DNA of 63,884 nucleotides, counting the filler, from Thraustochytrium aureum (lineage: Eukaryota): assembly GCA_012862495.1 (NCBI GenBank). It is 6 parts of 5 records of this genome, joined end to end, with 100 filler letters (N's around TTAATTAATTAA, not from the genome) between each part and the next. Parts side by side here need not be neighbours in the genome. Positions count along the whole stretch, not along the records: positions 27,964 to 41,495 come from BLSG01000020.1; positions 41,596 to 48,689 come from BLSG01000022.1; 4 more parts are not named here. One strand, given 5' to 3'. A program made the position numbers and the translations under genes. Below, piece by piece: positions 33,017-43,795 of this stretch. Below the pieces are notes generated by a model, which worked only from the letters and a program-made list of their open reading frames with translations, searched no databases and was not told where the DNA came from. Position 1 is the first letter of the stretch. The number at the start of each line of letters is the position of its first letter.

Positions 33017-34198
33017 ATGTCGGCGGGGGGGAATAGTCGGGGTGTTGTGGGCGACAGCGTGGCGGCCAGGAGGGCATCCAGTTCGCCGCCTGGCTCTCGT
33101 CGGGTGGTTTTCTCCGCGCCCTCGGCAGCGAGGGATGGTTCGCGTGGCGGCCCGCCAAATGAAGCCGCCTCGGGCGCCGCGCAGTTCTCTGTCCTCAAAG
33201 AGCACCTGCATGCGCTCGAGAAGCTGCTCTACATTGGCGGCTCAAGAGAGGCGAGCATGGAGAAATCGGCGAAGAGCATCTACGAAATGTGGCTGACAGA
33301 GTCCAGCAAGGTGCAGCGGTCAGAGGCCGATCACCAGGCGAGCTACATCAAGAGCAACCAGGACGTCTACAAAGCCTTGCACATAATCGAGGAGGTTTGT
33401 AGGTCGCCACAGATCCACGATGCGGTGGTAACCTCCCTCCAGAGGGTTTCGGGGTTGCCCATAGCCAAGCAAATGGTCGCACAGTCCGCGGAGCAAATCG
33501 AAGCTATTCTGGCAGCCATCGAGCCGAATGTGAGTAGCGTGGACATTCTGTCTCTAGCCCACGCTTTGCGTCCAGCGAAGCGGCTCAAGGGGATGGCCGA
33601 AATCGATGCGGCAAGGCGCATCAATATTTGGACCGTCTACGCCCAACCCATCTACGACCGAGTACTCCAAGTCGTCGAAACCGGGTTGGACCAGGTCGTC
33701 GCAGGGTTCGGGAGTGCGGGTGTTGGGCCCATGAGTGCGGTTTTTGAGCGCTTGGTGCGTGCGGTTTGCTTGAATGGCTCCTCGATGTCGAGTGTTTACC
33801 AGTGCCTTGCAGACGCTGGCGCTGGCGGCGAGTCGTCGCATGTGGAACCCGACCTGGCGCCCGAGGAGGAGGCGGAAGCGGTGGGCGAGAAGCAGCAAGA
33901 GGAAGGGGGGACGGCGGGCGAGAAAGAGCAAGAAGGGGAGGAGCGGCCCGCGGAGACCGGCGAGAAGCGGCAAGGAGAAGAGCAAGCAGGGGGGAATACG
34001 GGCGCTCGCGAGAAACGAGTAAGAGAGCCCGAGGGCGAGGACAGCGAGGACAAAGACGAACACCGGGTGCGCGGAAAGAAAAAGAAGGTCGTCTCGGACC
34101 GCGATTGTGTCATTGGCCTGGTGCGACTTAAAAAGGCGAGTGTTGGCGGCGGCGCCCCGCACAAGAAGAAGAGCAGCAAACAAGTAGCAAACAAGTAG
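33017..34198 (+). CDS. Intact hypothetical protein with helical core and acidic/basic tail (GEKxQxE repeats)
   Basis: Open frame from the gap edge to TAG 34198; ATG at 33017; family not recognised. Confidence 0.6.
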   Translation: MSAGGNSRGVVGDSVAARRASSSPPGSRRVVFSAPSAARDGSRGGPPNEAASGAAQFSVLKEHLHALEKLLYIGGSREASMEKSAKSIYEMWLTESSKVQRSEADHQASYIKSNQDVYKALHIIEEVCRSPQIHDAVVTSLQRVSGLPIAKQMVAQSAEQIEAILAAIEPNVSSVDILSLAHALRPAKRLKGMAEIDAARRINIWTVYAQPIYDRVLQVVETGLDQVVAGFGSAGVGPMSAVFERLVRAVCLNGSSMSSVYQCLADAGAGGESSHVEPDLAPEEEAEAVGEKQQEEGGTAGEKEQEGEERPAETGEKRQGEEQAGGNTGAREKRVREPEGEDSEDKDEHRVRGKKKKVVSDRDCVIGLVRLKKASVGGGAPHKKKSSKQVANK

Positions 34199-34216
34199 CA
34201 ACGTAGTTTTTTTTCC

Positions 34217-34874
34217 ATGTGGTTTGCGATGGGCAAGTTCAAGGTCAACCCAATCACGATAAAAGACGTCAGAGATGTCCGGGCGGGCGACATTCGATCC
34301 AGCCGATCGATGTGCGACACGGGCGGGGCGAGGGTCAAGTTCGAAATGCCCTTGGGCGAGCAGAGGCACGTGCTGCACTGCGCGCAAAAGTGCAAGGAAA
34401 TGTCGGCCAACGGATCCAGAGGTGAAGCGAGCAATTGCTTCTTGCACGCAGATTCCAAGGCGTGCCGGATCGCGGACTCCGGGGCAGGCGCGTCCCCGCC
34501 GAACGACGCATACGTTTACTTCTACTCGCCGGGCTCCGGCCAGGAAGGCTGGACGCCAACCGACAAATCCGCCCCAGGATGCGAACACGGACGCCACTCC
34601 GCCCCGCCGCCATCGGGTGGCGGCGGCGGCGTACTGTTGGCGCAACGGGGACCGCGAGTGGCCCACCCACGGAGACCACGGGCGGCGCAGCGCAGGCACT
34701 ACAGAAGAAGCAAAAAACTCCTCGAACACAATGATGATCATCGGTGGGGTCGTTGCAGCTCTGCTGGTCGGCGGGGGCCTCTATTACGTGCTCTCTAGTG
34801 GGCCGCCTGGTTCTTCTTCGGTTGCTGCGGCTGGTCAAGGTGCTTCCGGGCCAAAGAAAAAGAGGAAAGCGTAG
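34217..34874 (+). CDS. Hypothetical Cys-containing single-pass membrane protein (frameshifted)
   Basis: HCAQKCKEM...CFLHADSKAC ectodomain; TM MMIIGGVVAALLVGGGLYYVL and basic tail KKKRKA lie in a second frame. Confidence 0.5.
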
Positions 34875-35397
34875 GTAGTTTTTTGGGGAAGCGCCTCCCG
34901 GCAACTTTTCGCCAGAGTTGGGCGCCGAGCTGGCGGTGCTCCGGCGGGAGGCGGTGGCGCGGCCGTCGGAGGCACGCTTTCCCCAACCGCTACGCCCGAT
35001 GGCGGAGGCACATCCTCGCCTCCCGCCCCAACGGACGAGCCCGTCTTCCTTCCCAAAAGCGAGAGCAGGTCGCGAAGGACGGCCAGAGGGTGAGGATGCG
35101 GTCCTCGAACCCGTATTGGTGGGCGGCGGATGAGACTCTAGCTAGTGTTTGCAGCGACGTCTTGCCTGTTCTACTTGAAGGCGGGCTCTTCTGGGGACCT
35201 CGGAGCAGACACCTTCAAGGTAAACTATATGCCGGGCGGGATGGCAGTCTTGCGCGATGCCTTCGGTGACGTCTTGGGTTGGCGACGAAGCGATGGGCGC
35301 GCGCGGATCCTGACAGAAGGCAAGCCCGACTTTAGTGCGTTCATAGCAGCTAGTTAGTTTGGGCGTTTGGCCCTGATCAATGGATTCACTTTCACAA

Positions 35398-35943
35398 CTA
35401 GAAAAGCGTGGGCGCGATGGAGTCGTTGCTGGTCAGGCTCATGGGGTTCGACATCTCGACGGCCTTTCGGATGAGTTTTGGCGCTTCGTGCTTGCCGACA
35501 ATGGCCTTGACGGTGGGGGATGTGGCGAGCAGCAGCACCGGCACGTTTGGTCCAGGTTGCTCTGCAAATAGGCGTCTCGGGCAAAGTTGTGCACGACGAA
35601 CCACTCGATCTGGCACTGGAGGCGGGCGAGCATGGGGTTCCCGAGCGGCGTGTGGGTCCTCTTGTGCGTAGACTTGGATGCGATTGTGCGAAGCGTGCGA
35701 AGCGTTTGTCTCGAGCACCCGAATGAGCCTGTCGCGGTCCTGTCTCAGCGCGTTGTTCTCGAGGACCAGTTGCATGTGTTTCTCAGCCAGGGAATCGCGG
35801 TGGCGAGCGAGGCTGTCAGCGTGGGCGCAGGCGTTCTGCAGGCGCGCGTTCATGTCCCAGCAGAAGCGGCTCGCGTCGGAGCGGGCTCTCCAGACGGCTC
35901 TGCCCGCACGAGAGACCACGCGCCGCAGCTCCCTCGTCCTCAT
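35398..35943 (-). CDS. Hypothetical coiled-coil ORFan (viral segment), probably frameshifted
   Basis: ATG 35943 downstream of an A-rich tract; heptad-like LAEKHMQLVLENNALRQDRDRL. Confidence 0.45.
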   Translation of the reverse strand: MRTRELRRVVSRAGRAVWRARSDASRFCWDMNARLQNACAHADSLARHRDSLAEKHMQLVLENNALRQDRDRLIRVLETNASHASHNRIQVYAQEDPHAAREPHARPPPVPDRVVRRAQLCPRRLFAEQPGPNVPVLLLATSPTVKAIVGKHEAPKLIRKAVEMSNPMSLTSNDSIAPTLF

Positions 35944-36442
35944 TGTGCGCCTGGCCCAAGCCGTTTTTTAGCTTGGTGGCGGCGCAGCGCCTCCGGCGCT
36001 CCCGTCGGAGCAAGAAAGACTTGAGATTTTAGACAAGAGGAACNNNNNNNNNNNNNNNNNNNNNNNNNNNNNNNNNNNNNNNNNNNNNNNNNNNNNNNNN
36101 NNNNNNNNNNNNNNNNNNNNNNNNNNNNNNNNNNNNNNNNNNNNNNNNNNNNNNNNNNNNNNNNNNNNNNNNNNNNNNNNNNNNNNNNNNNNNNNNNNNN
36201 NNNNNNNNNNNNNNNNNNNNNNNNNNNNNNNNNNNNNNNNNNNNNNNNNNNNNNNNNNNNNNNNNNNNNNNNNNNNNNNNNNNNNNNNNNNNNNNNNNNN
36301 NNNNNNNNNNNNNNNNNNNNNNNNNNNNNNNNNNNNNNNNNNNNNNNNNNNNNNNNNNNNNNNNNNNNNNNNNNNNNNNNNNNNNNNNNNNNNNACGACT
36401 CATGGGATGATCGCGTGTCGACCCGGCTTGATTTCCGCATAT

Positions 36443-36916
36443 TCATACTGCGATTGCACGGGTCGAGGCCGGCTTTGAGAAACCCAAGTTGAACCACTGG
36501 AACGCGATCAGCCTGGGGAGCGGCAGGGCCAGGTCGCCGAGCTCGGCGCAGGCCTGTACGGGCGGGTTGCGCTGGCTCTCCCAGACCAGCTCGCCGCGCC
36601 CCGGCGCCGACTCGAAGTCGTAGAAGCGCTTCTTCAGGTTGGCCACCATGGCCTTGTACTCGTCCACGACGCAGCAGATGCCGCGGGGGTGCGCCCGAGC
36701 CTGCCGCGCCCAAAGTGCTTCACGAAGTAAGACATCACGGAGCCCATGCGCTCCCCGTTTGGTGCAGCGTTTCTCGAGGCGGTGGTACTTGTCCCGGAAG
36801 AAGGCCCGCATCTTCTCGCGGTGCGCGACCTGAAGGGCCGAAAAGTTCGTCTGCGGCCGTGCCGGCTCGGCCGCCTTCGGCCCCTCCTTCTGGGGGCTCG
36901 CTTCTGGCGCTGACAT
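36443..36916 (-). CDS. Hypothetical ORFan (viral segment)
   Basis: ATG 36916 (MSAPEASPQ); C/G-ending codons; divergent from the gene at 37059. Confidence 0.55.
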   Translation of the reverse strand: MSAPEASPQKEGPKAAEPARPQTNFSALQVAHREKMRAFFRDKYHRLEKRCTKRGAHGLRDVLLREALWARQARAHPRGICCVVDEYKAMVANLKKRFYDFESAPGRGELVWESQRNPPVQACAELGDLALPLPRLIAFQWFNLGFSKPASTRAIAV

Positions 36917-37058
36917 GGCGTTCGGGGTCTGCAGGCCTGGTACCACGTGATTACCGAGTTGGGGACAGCACAGATTTTTCCTCGCGGCCAGCCGAGGAAA
37001 CAAGTCCCTCGGCTTTTATCTCCCGAGCAGCAGCTAAGAGCCAGAGACGCGGCGGGCG

Positions 37059-37888
37059 ATGGAGGACTTGCTGAATGCATCATGGCCATGGCGCCCGCGC
37101 ACGTCGCGATCGCCTTCCTGACGAGGTGCATGGCCGACGACTCGACCGACTGCGTGGGAGAGGCGCCGCCGGACCAGGTGCGGGCCGCGCGGCTGCGTCT
37201 TGCACTCCGCCAGCAAGAGGGAGCTGGGCGGCGCGCCAGGCCGCGCGCGAGGCCACGGAGAGCCTCGAGGGGAGCAACGAGGGGCTGAAGAACGCGATCC
37301 AGGAGAACGCGTCTCTGCTGGCCGAGCTGCGCGCGGCCCGCGAGGAGGTGGTGGGCGAGAACGCTGACACCGCCAGGTCCTTCCGCAACGCGCTCGCCGC
37401 CATCGCGAAGCAGTTCTCGCTCGCCCTGCACGGCGCGATTCGGGGCGAGGAGCTCGAGGAGTTTTTCGCCGAGCCCCTGGAGAACGAGGCCGGTCGCGGA
37501 CGGCGCGGGCGTGGTCGAGGAGCTGGGCTACCCTCCTTTCCGGGAGGAGCGGTGCCCGCTCGGCCACCTGTTCGAGGTGGAGCCGACAGCCGACGGGAGG
37601 CCGCCCCCGGCGTTCTTCGATGCGCGGCGCGAGGCGCACGAGGCGGCCAGCAGAGAGCTCAGCAGCAAAGCCGGCAGCAAGGACAGCGAAGGCGAGGAGA
37701 GCAGCGGCGAGAGCGAAGCGGGGAGCGACGAGGAGGGCGGAGGCGACGGCGGCCGCGACGAGGCGCCAGGCGGGGCAAAGGCCGGAGCCGCAGAGCTCCA
37801 CGCGCGCAGGCTGCGCCCTCTCCCGGCCAGGCTGCACCGCACCCTGACTGGAACGAATGTCCTGTTGCTCGGAACAGAGCGAACTTAG
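37059..37888 (+). pseudogene. Frameshifted coiled-coil/acidic ORFan (viral segment)
   Basis: Protein-like pieces in successive frames: MAMAPAHVAIAFLTRC / ESLEGSNEGLKNAIQENASLLAEL / VEELGYPPFREERCPLGHLFEVEP. Confidence 0.5.
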
Positions 37889-38206
37889 TTTTCCGAGGTC
37901 TTTTCCGCCCTGTTTCGAGAACAGTTCAGGAAACAAAACGGAAGGTCATCTCAGACTCATCTGGCGCGCGTGAGTGGAGCGCTGCGCCGGGCGCGCTTCA
38001 GCGGCGGCGGGCGCGCGGGCGCGAGTGGGTGGGCGGCGNNNNNNNNNNNNNNNNNNNNNNNNNNNNNNNNNNNNNNNNNNNNNNNNNNNNNNNNNNNNNN
38101 NNNNNNNNNNNNNNNNNNNNNNNNNNNNNNNNNNNNNNNNNNNNNNNNNNNNNNNNNNNNNNNNNNNNNNNNNNNNNNNNNNNNNNNNNNNNNNNNNNNN
38201 NNNNNA

Positions 38207-39311
38207 GCTGAAAGGCGAGCCAGAGCGATAGTCAAGACGCAAGCCAAAGCTTCGAAGCCGGTATTGGACCACGAGTGGCCTGGATTTGTCGTCCCCGGCG
38301 CAGAGCGCGCCCCGAACTGGCGCGGCGTCGTCAGCCACACGCTCCTCGTGCGGCGAAGCAGAAGGACGAGCCAGAGTAGAAGGAGAAGGAGAAGCCCGGG
38401 CGGGAACAGGCGACGAAGTAGGCGACGAAGGAGTCGACGGAACCGACGACGAAGCCGACGACGGAGCAGACGAAGAAGCAGACGCCGAAGCAGACGACGA
38501 AGCAGACGCCGAAGCAGATGCAGCGCGCCGCGTCGACGCCGAGAGCTCCGGCGAAAGCTCCGGCGACGATGGGGGCGCTTCCGGCGCGGCGAGCTCCAGT
38601 GGCGACGAGGCCGAAGCAATGCCTGCCACCAGCCTGGCTCCGAGCCCCCGCCGCCCGCCGGCCCGAGGCGAGGAGGAGCGAGGGGCGGCGCTCTTGCTCT
38701 CGCTCGGCGGGCCGCGCAAACCCGCCGAAGGCGCCGAGGCGCCGCCCAGAAAGCGCCCCAAGCTCGACGCCCCCGACGGCGGCGACGACGGACCTGCGCA
38801 AAAGCGGCTGGTGCGGCGAGTGACCCGAGCGAGCGTCCTGGACCTGACGGAGAAGGACATCCTCGACGCGGTGGCGCTCGTGCGGGGCGACCCGGCTGCT
38901 TTCAAGTCCTCCGTTGTGGACAAGCAGACCTCCATGTGGGGCCACCCGGTGCGCAGCGCGCTCTTTGATGTGATACTCGACGACACGAAGCGCCGAGACA
39001 AGTGGCACAGGAGCAAGCCGACGGAGCGAAAGCCGGCGGGGGTCTCGGAGCTCCACCTCTGGGTGCGGTGCCCCTTCGGGACCAAGGGCTACGGCATCTC
39101 GAGCTTCCACTACTGGATCAACGCCTACCCCATGAAGGAGGCGCAGGCCCGCGTGGCCAAGGAAGACGAGCGCCTCCGGCGCCGCCAGCCCACGGACAGC
39201 GACGTCGAGCGCGAGAAACAGGCGCGCGAAAACAAGAGGCACATGCTCAAGCTCAGGAAACAGTGTCTACTCAAAGACAAAGTGGGCGTGGGTGTCTCCG
39301 CAAGTAGTTAG
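38207..39311 (+). CDS. Hypothetical protein with acidic (DEEADAEAD) repeats, NLS-like RKRPK and a globular C-terminus; 5' end in gap
   Basis: ORF 38286-39311 plus an upstream piece in another frame. Confidence 0.55.
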
Positions 39312-39394
39312 GAAGGAAGGGAGGGCCGCAAGTGTATTGTATTGGCGCGCCGTGCTAGTAGCAAACCCAAGGCGCCGCTCCCGGCGACGAGCGC

Positions 39395-40200
39395 CTAGTC
39401 CTCCATGGGCTCTGCCTCCTCGGCGGCGGCCTCCTCGGCGGCCTTCTGCTCGGCGATCTTGAGGCGCTCCTGGATCTCGTTGGCGAGCGTGTAGACCCTG
39501 ACGCCCTTGTCGTCCGGGCCGTGCTCCGCGTCGGCCTTGCGGATGGTCAGGAAGGTGCCCTTGGCCACGCCGAGCTCCTCCTTCGCGAGCCGCAGCGACT
39601 CGATCCACACGTTGCGCCGCTTGGGGGCGCGCGCGCTTCGCGCACACCTTGCGGACGCGCACCTCGTGCTCCTCGCACTTGGCGTCCTTCCACACGGCCT
39701 TGGTGTACTTGTGGCCCGCGCGGCCGGCCTTGCGGTTGGCCGGCGTGTCCTTGTACTCCAGCTCGACCAGCTCCTTGCGGCCGGTTTCGGGCTTGTGGCG
39801 GCGCGCCTTGACCGCCTTGGCCTGCGAGAGCTCCGGCATGCGGCGCTCGATCGCGCAGATCATGCCGAGGTTCTTCCCGCCGGTGTGGTTGAGGCCTCGG
39901 CACGCGCAGTTGAGCGCGTTGAAGCCCTCCGAGGTCTTGATGCGCGCGGATCTCGCGCAGCAACCGGTTGATGCGCTTCTGCACCACCTCGCGACTCTTC
40001 CTGTTTTCGTCCTCGTCCGGGATGCGCTCCAGGACGCGGCCGAGGTAGGTCTCGCTGCTCGTCTCGGCCACGACGCCGCGCAGGGCCATTGGCGGCAGGA
40101 GGGCGGCGCGGCGCGGGTTCACGGCCGGGCGCGCGCGCTCGCCAGCGAGCGAGATCTCAGCGGCGCCCACGGCAGTCGGGGCGGAGGCGACGTCGGCCAT
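39395..40200 (-). CDS. Basic protein with DVNP-like C-terminal motif (2 frameshifts)
   Basis: MADVAS...RINRL / ARSARIKTSEGF...YKDTPANRKAGRAGHKY / RRNVWIESLRLAKEELGVAKGTFLTIRK...GVRVYTLANEI. Confidence 0.5.
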
Positions 40201-40680
40201 CTTGGTGCTGGGCTGGCTGTGCTGGCTCGGTGCTTTGGCGGAGTGCTTGCTTCTTGCGGCTGTGTGGGTGGCTTGGTGCTCAAAGTCTCTTGGGCGGGTG
40301 GGCGAAAAGGGTTTTGCTGCTTGGCCTCAGGCGCATTTTGTTTCCTGCTTNNNNNNNNNNNNNNNNNNNNNNNNNNNNNNNNNNNNNNNNNNNNNNNNNN
40401 NNNNNNNNNNNNNNNNNNNNNNNNNNNNNNNNNNNNNNNNNNNNNNNNNNNNNNNNNNNNNNNNNNNNNNNNNNNNNNNNNNNNNNNNNNNNNNNNNNNN
40501 NNNNNNNNNNNNNNNNNNNNNNNNNNNNNNNNNNNNNNNNNNNNNNNNNNNNNNNNNNNNNNNNNNNNNNNNNNNNNNNNNNNNNNNNNNNNNNNNNNNN
40601 NNNNNNNNNNNNNNNNNNNNNNNNNNNNNNNNNNNNNNNNNNNNNNNNNNNNNNNNNNNNNNNNNNNNNNNNNNNNNNNN

Positions 40681-40986
40681 CTCGTCAGGCGCATGCGGGC
40701 CGAGCTGGACACGCTGGGCCGCGAGGCGGAGGCCAGCGGCGAGCAGCTCCGGGTGGTGATCACGCAAGTCCGCTTTGAGAACGAAGCGCGCTTTGGCCTC
40801 GACGCGGGCGGCATCGTCGTCGCGGTGCGCCCAGGCTCGCGCCAGACGCAGGCGTCGGCCAACGGCGGCCAAGTCTCCGAGTCGGGCTTCCCGGCAGCGC
40901 TCATCAGCGACTCGCTGGACAACTCGGGCTCTCTGCTGCGCCTCGAGGAGGAGGTGCGCGCGCTGGTCGCCAGGCAAGTGATTTAG
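40681..40986 (+). CDS. Deoxynucleoside monophosphate kinase (phage T4 gp1/NCLDV type), C-terminal half; 5' part in gap
   Basis: VVITQVRFENEA...GGIVVAVRP...QVSESG...LDNSGSLLRL matches the family pattern VVIxDxRFxNE...GG.v..i.R...H.SE...i.N.gsl..L. Confidence 0.75.
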   Translation, partial: LVRRMRAELDTLGREAEASGEQLRVVITQVRFENEARFGLDAGGIVVAVRPGSRQTQASANGGQVSESGFPAALISDSLDNSGSLLRLEEEVRALVARQVI

Positions 40987-41037
40987 CTCGACTTCCAAGC
41001 CCAACAAACGGTGGTTCGCCGAGAAGCAGCGACAAGC

Positions 41038-41298
41038 ATGCCTCAGCGCTCGCTGGCCGCGAAAGGCCAGGCGTCGCTCATCAGCGCCCTGCGATCCGCG
41101 ACCGAGCGCCACACCGACAGCCCCGAGGTGTTCCTCGGGGACAAGCAGGTCGACCGCGTGCTGGCGCGCGAGCTGGTCTTCCAGAACGGCAACTTTGCCC
41201 CGCGCGACGTCTTCGAGGTGGCGCCCGCCATGGCGGCCGAGCAGGAGTTCGACCACAGCCTCGAAGACCTGCTGCCGATGTTCAGCAACAAGGCGTAA
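41038..41298 (+). CDS. Small hypothetical ORFan (viral segment)
   Basis: ATG 41038 to TAA 41298, strong C/G third-position bias. Confidence 0.55.
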   Translation: MPQRSLAAKGQASLISALRSATERHTDSPEVFLGDKQVDRVLARELVFQNGNFAPRDVFEVAPAMAAEQEFDHSLEDLLPMFSNKA

Positions 41299-41495
41299 AT
41301 GCATCCGAGGAAGGCTTGCTCCTAGTATTTAGCTCAATGGGTCGTAAGACCCCTCCCGCAAACTTGGCTGAGTTTCGCAGAAACGAAACCAGCTTCGGGC
41401 GTGGGACAAAGATCCAAGCCGCATCCTTTGGCCCGTCTACTGCGAGCGACTCTTCCAGTGTAGAGCCAGAACGGGCGTCGAGGGGCGGGAAAGCG

Positions 41496-41595
41496 NNNNN
41501 NNNNNNNNNNNNNNNNNNNNNNNNNNNNNNNNNNNNNNNTTAATTAATTAANNNNNNNNNNNNNNNNNNNNNNNNNNNNNNNNNNNNNNNNNNNN
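41496..41595. other. Artificial scaffold linker
   Basis: N44-TTAATTAATTAA-N44. Confidence 0.97.
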
Positions 41596-43613
41596 TTTTG
41601 GGCCTTTCAGACTCGAGCAACTTGAACGTGGAATGCACGGAGTCCGCTCCCAGTATGTTGGAAGACACGTGCTTTCGATGCTCAGCTGACTCAGCTGGCT
41701 GGCTTGGAGCCCAAGGCGATGGTACTCTACCGAAGTATTGATCAAGAGTACCCGAACAGCAAACGCCAACGCCGCAGTCGCGACGAGACGAACGCGCCAC
41801 ACTCCGTGCCGCACTTGGCGCCAAGGTGGGAAACAAGGTGCCAGGCACCTTGGAGGCCTATACGGGCCGGCAAACACAAGCAGAGCGCGAACTGCCGCGG
41901 TCGCGTTGCTCTGGGGCGGCGGTAGGGACGAGAACTGCGTTGACGAGTGCAGACGCAGTGTTCGGTGTGTAGGCCAACGCCTTGCAAGCGTGACCGAAAG
42001 CGTTGTGGCGACAATTTCACCGCAGCACTGCACCAGGTGCGACACCGAAGGGCGGCAACAACTCGGCCATTGTTTGAAGTCGACGAGCACGAGGGGCTGA
42101 CATTTGATCACCACGAAGTGGCTGGCTGCACCACTCGTCGCCAGCCGCTGTGCGAACCCAACGCGAGAGCGCTTCAACCACTTTGGACTGAGCGAATCGA
42201 ATCCCCGCCACTTCTCGTCGGTCTCGCGCCGGAGAGGCTGAGATCTGAATGAGGGTTCGTGGTTCATGGTGGTTGGGGCGGCGTCAGCGATCTTTCAGTC
42301 TGCAACGACCACACTGATCGAGGCTGATCCTGACGCCCTTTTGCGGGCGGCACTATCGAGGATTTGGCAGTCTTTAGCCTTTGTTTGAGGACGAGGTGAA
42401 GCCCTTAGCGACAAACGCGCTCAGAAAGATTCGCGCAGGCACGCTTTTTAAATCGCTTGAACACAGGGCTTTTGACGGTGTTGGTAAGGATATCCTTCGC
42501 TGAGCGTCGTCTACGAGTCCTGGGCCAGGCTCTTTCTGGTGCGACAGCGGGCGTTCGTGGACAGCGTCACGCGCCTAGAGTTTCGGGTGCAGCTGCCATC
42601 ATGAGCGGCAAGAAATTTGCAACCGTGATTGGGTTTGAGATTTGCAAAGAGAGGGATGACCAGCCTGTGTATTCTGATGTGGACTCTTGCCTCGTTGTTG
42701 GACTCTTTCGGACAACCGGCACACGACCTGCTCAGGTCCTGCTGCAATCGGGGTGAACTCTTCGTGCAAAGCGGGAACTTCGTATCGCCATTTTTTTTCT
42801 GAGGAAGGCGATGACAAGCAGGCCGCACCGTGAAAGCTTGAACGGCTCGTGAGAGACCGCAACAGGACCGGAGGTCACTAAAGTCATCAACCGTGATCGA
42901 CNNNNNNNNNNNNNNNNNNNNNNNNNNNNNNNNNNNNNNNNNNNNNNNNNNNNNNNNNNNNNNNNNNNNNNNNNNNNNNNNNNNNNNNNNNNNNNNNNNN
43001 NNNNNNNNNNNNNNNNNNNNNNNNNNNNNNNNNNNNNNNNNNNNNNNNNNNNNNNNNNNNNNNNNNNNNNNNNNNNNNNNNNNNNNNNNNNNNNNNNNNN
43101 NNNNNNNNNNNNNNNNNNNNNNNNNNNNNNNNNNNNNNNNNNNNNNNNNNNNNNNNNNNNNNNNNNNNNNNNNNNNNNNNNNNNNNNNNNNNNNNNNNNN
43201 NNNNNNNNNNNNNNNNNNNNNNNNNNNNNNNNNNNNNNNNNNNNNNNNNNNNNNNNNNNNNNNNNNNNNNNNNNNNNNNNNNNNNNNNNNNNNNNNNNNN
43301 NNNNNNNNNNNNNNNNNNNNNNNNNNNNNNNNNNNNNNNNNNNNNNNNNNNNNNNNNNNNNNNNNNNNNNNNNNNNNNNNNNNNNNNNNNNNNNNNNNNN
43401 NNNNNNNNNNNNNNNNNNNNNNNNNNNNNNNNNNNNNNNNNNNNNNNNNNNNNNNNNNNNNNNNNNNNNNNNNNNNNNNNNNNNNNNNNNNNNNNNNNNN
43501 NNNNNNNNNNNNNNNNNNTTGATCAACAAATAAGTAGGCCAAAACAAGGTGTGACTCGGAGAAGAGACAAAGGCGAAACGGACTCATCGTCACGCGAGAC
43601 GCCTGCGTCCATC

Positions 43614-43684
43614 GAGCAGCAGCAGCAGCAGCGGCAGCAGCAGCAGCAGCAGCAACAGCAACAGCAGCAATAGCAGCAGCAGCA
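43614..43684. repeat. Imperfect (CAG)n microsatellite
   Basis: About 23 CAG/CAA/CGG units, read directly. Confidence 0.9.
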
Positions 43685-43795
43685 CGAGCCGCAGCGGCGA
43701 AAGAAGCGAACGCGGCCACGGCTGCGTGCGAGCAAGCGTGCGAGAATCAGCACGGTCGATACCTTGTCCCAAGCAGCGCTCGTGCTCTTGTGACG

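Larger units (their letters stand above)
27964..41495. mobile_element. Decayed large-DNA-virus segment (endogenous Mirusviricota- or Nucleocytoviricota-like element)
   Basis: VLTF3 and dNMP kinase homologues, densely packed short intronless ORFans, no recognisable host gene, and visibly more frameshifts than in the other scaffolds. Confidence 0.75.

Noticed and set aside
16544..41495. DNA methyltransferase as part of the viral element
   Set aside because: It lies on a different scaffold, among host genes; linkage across the linker is artificial.
41596..42901. Genes in 41596-42901 (also 13960-14439, 19611-20500, 48790-49700, 58700-59500)
   Set aside because: ORFs present but with no recognisable motif or convincing codon bias; cannot support a call.
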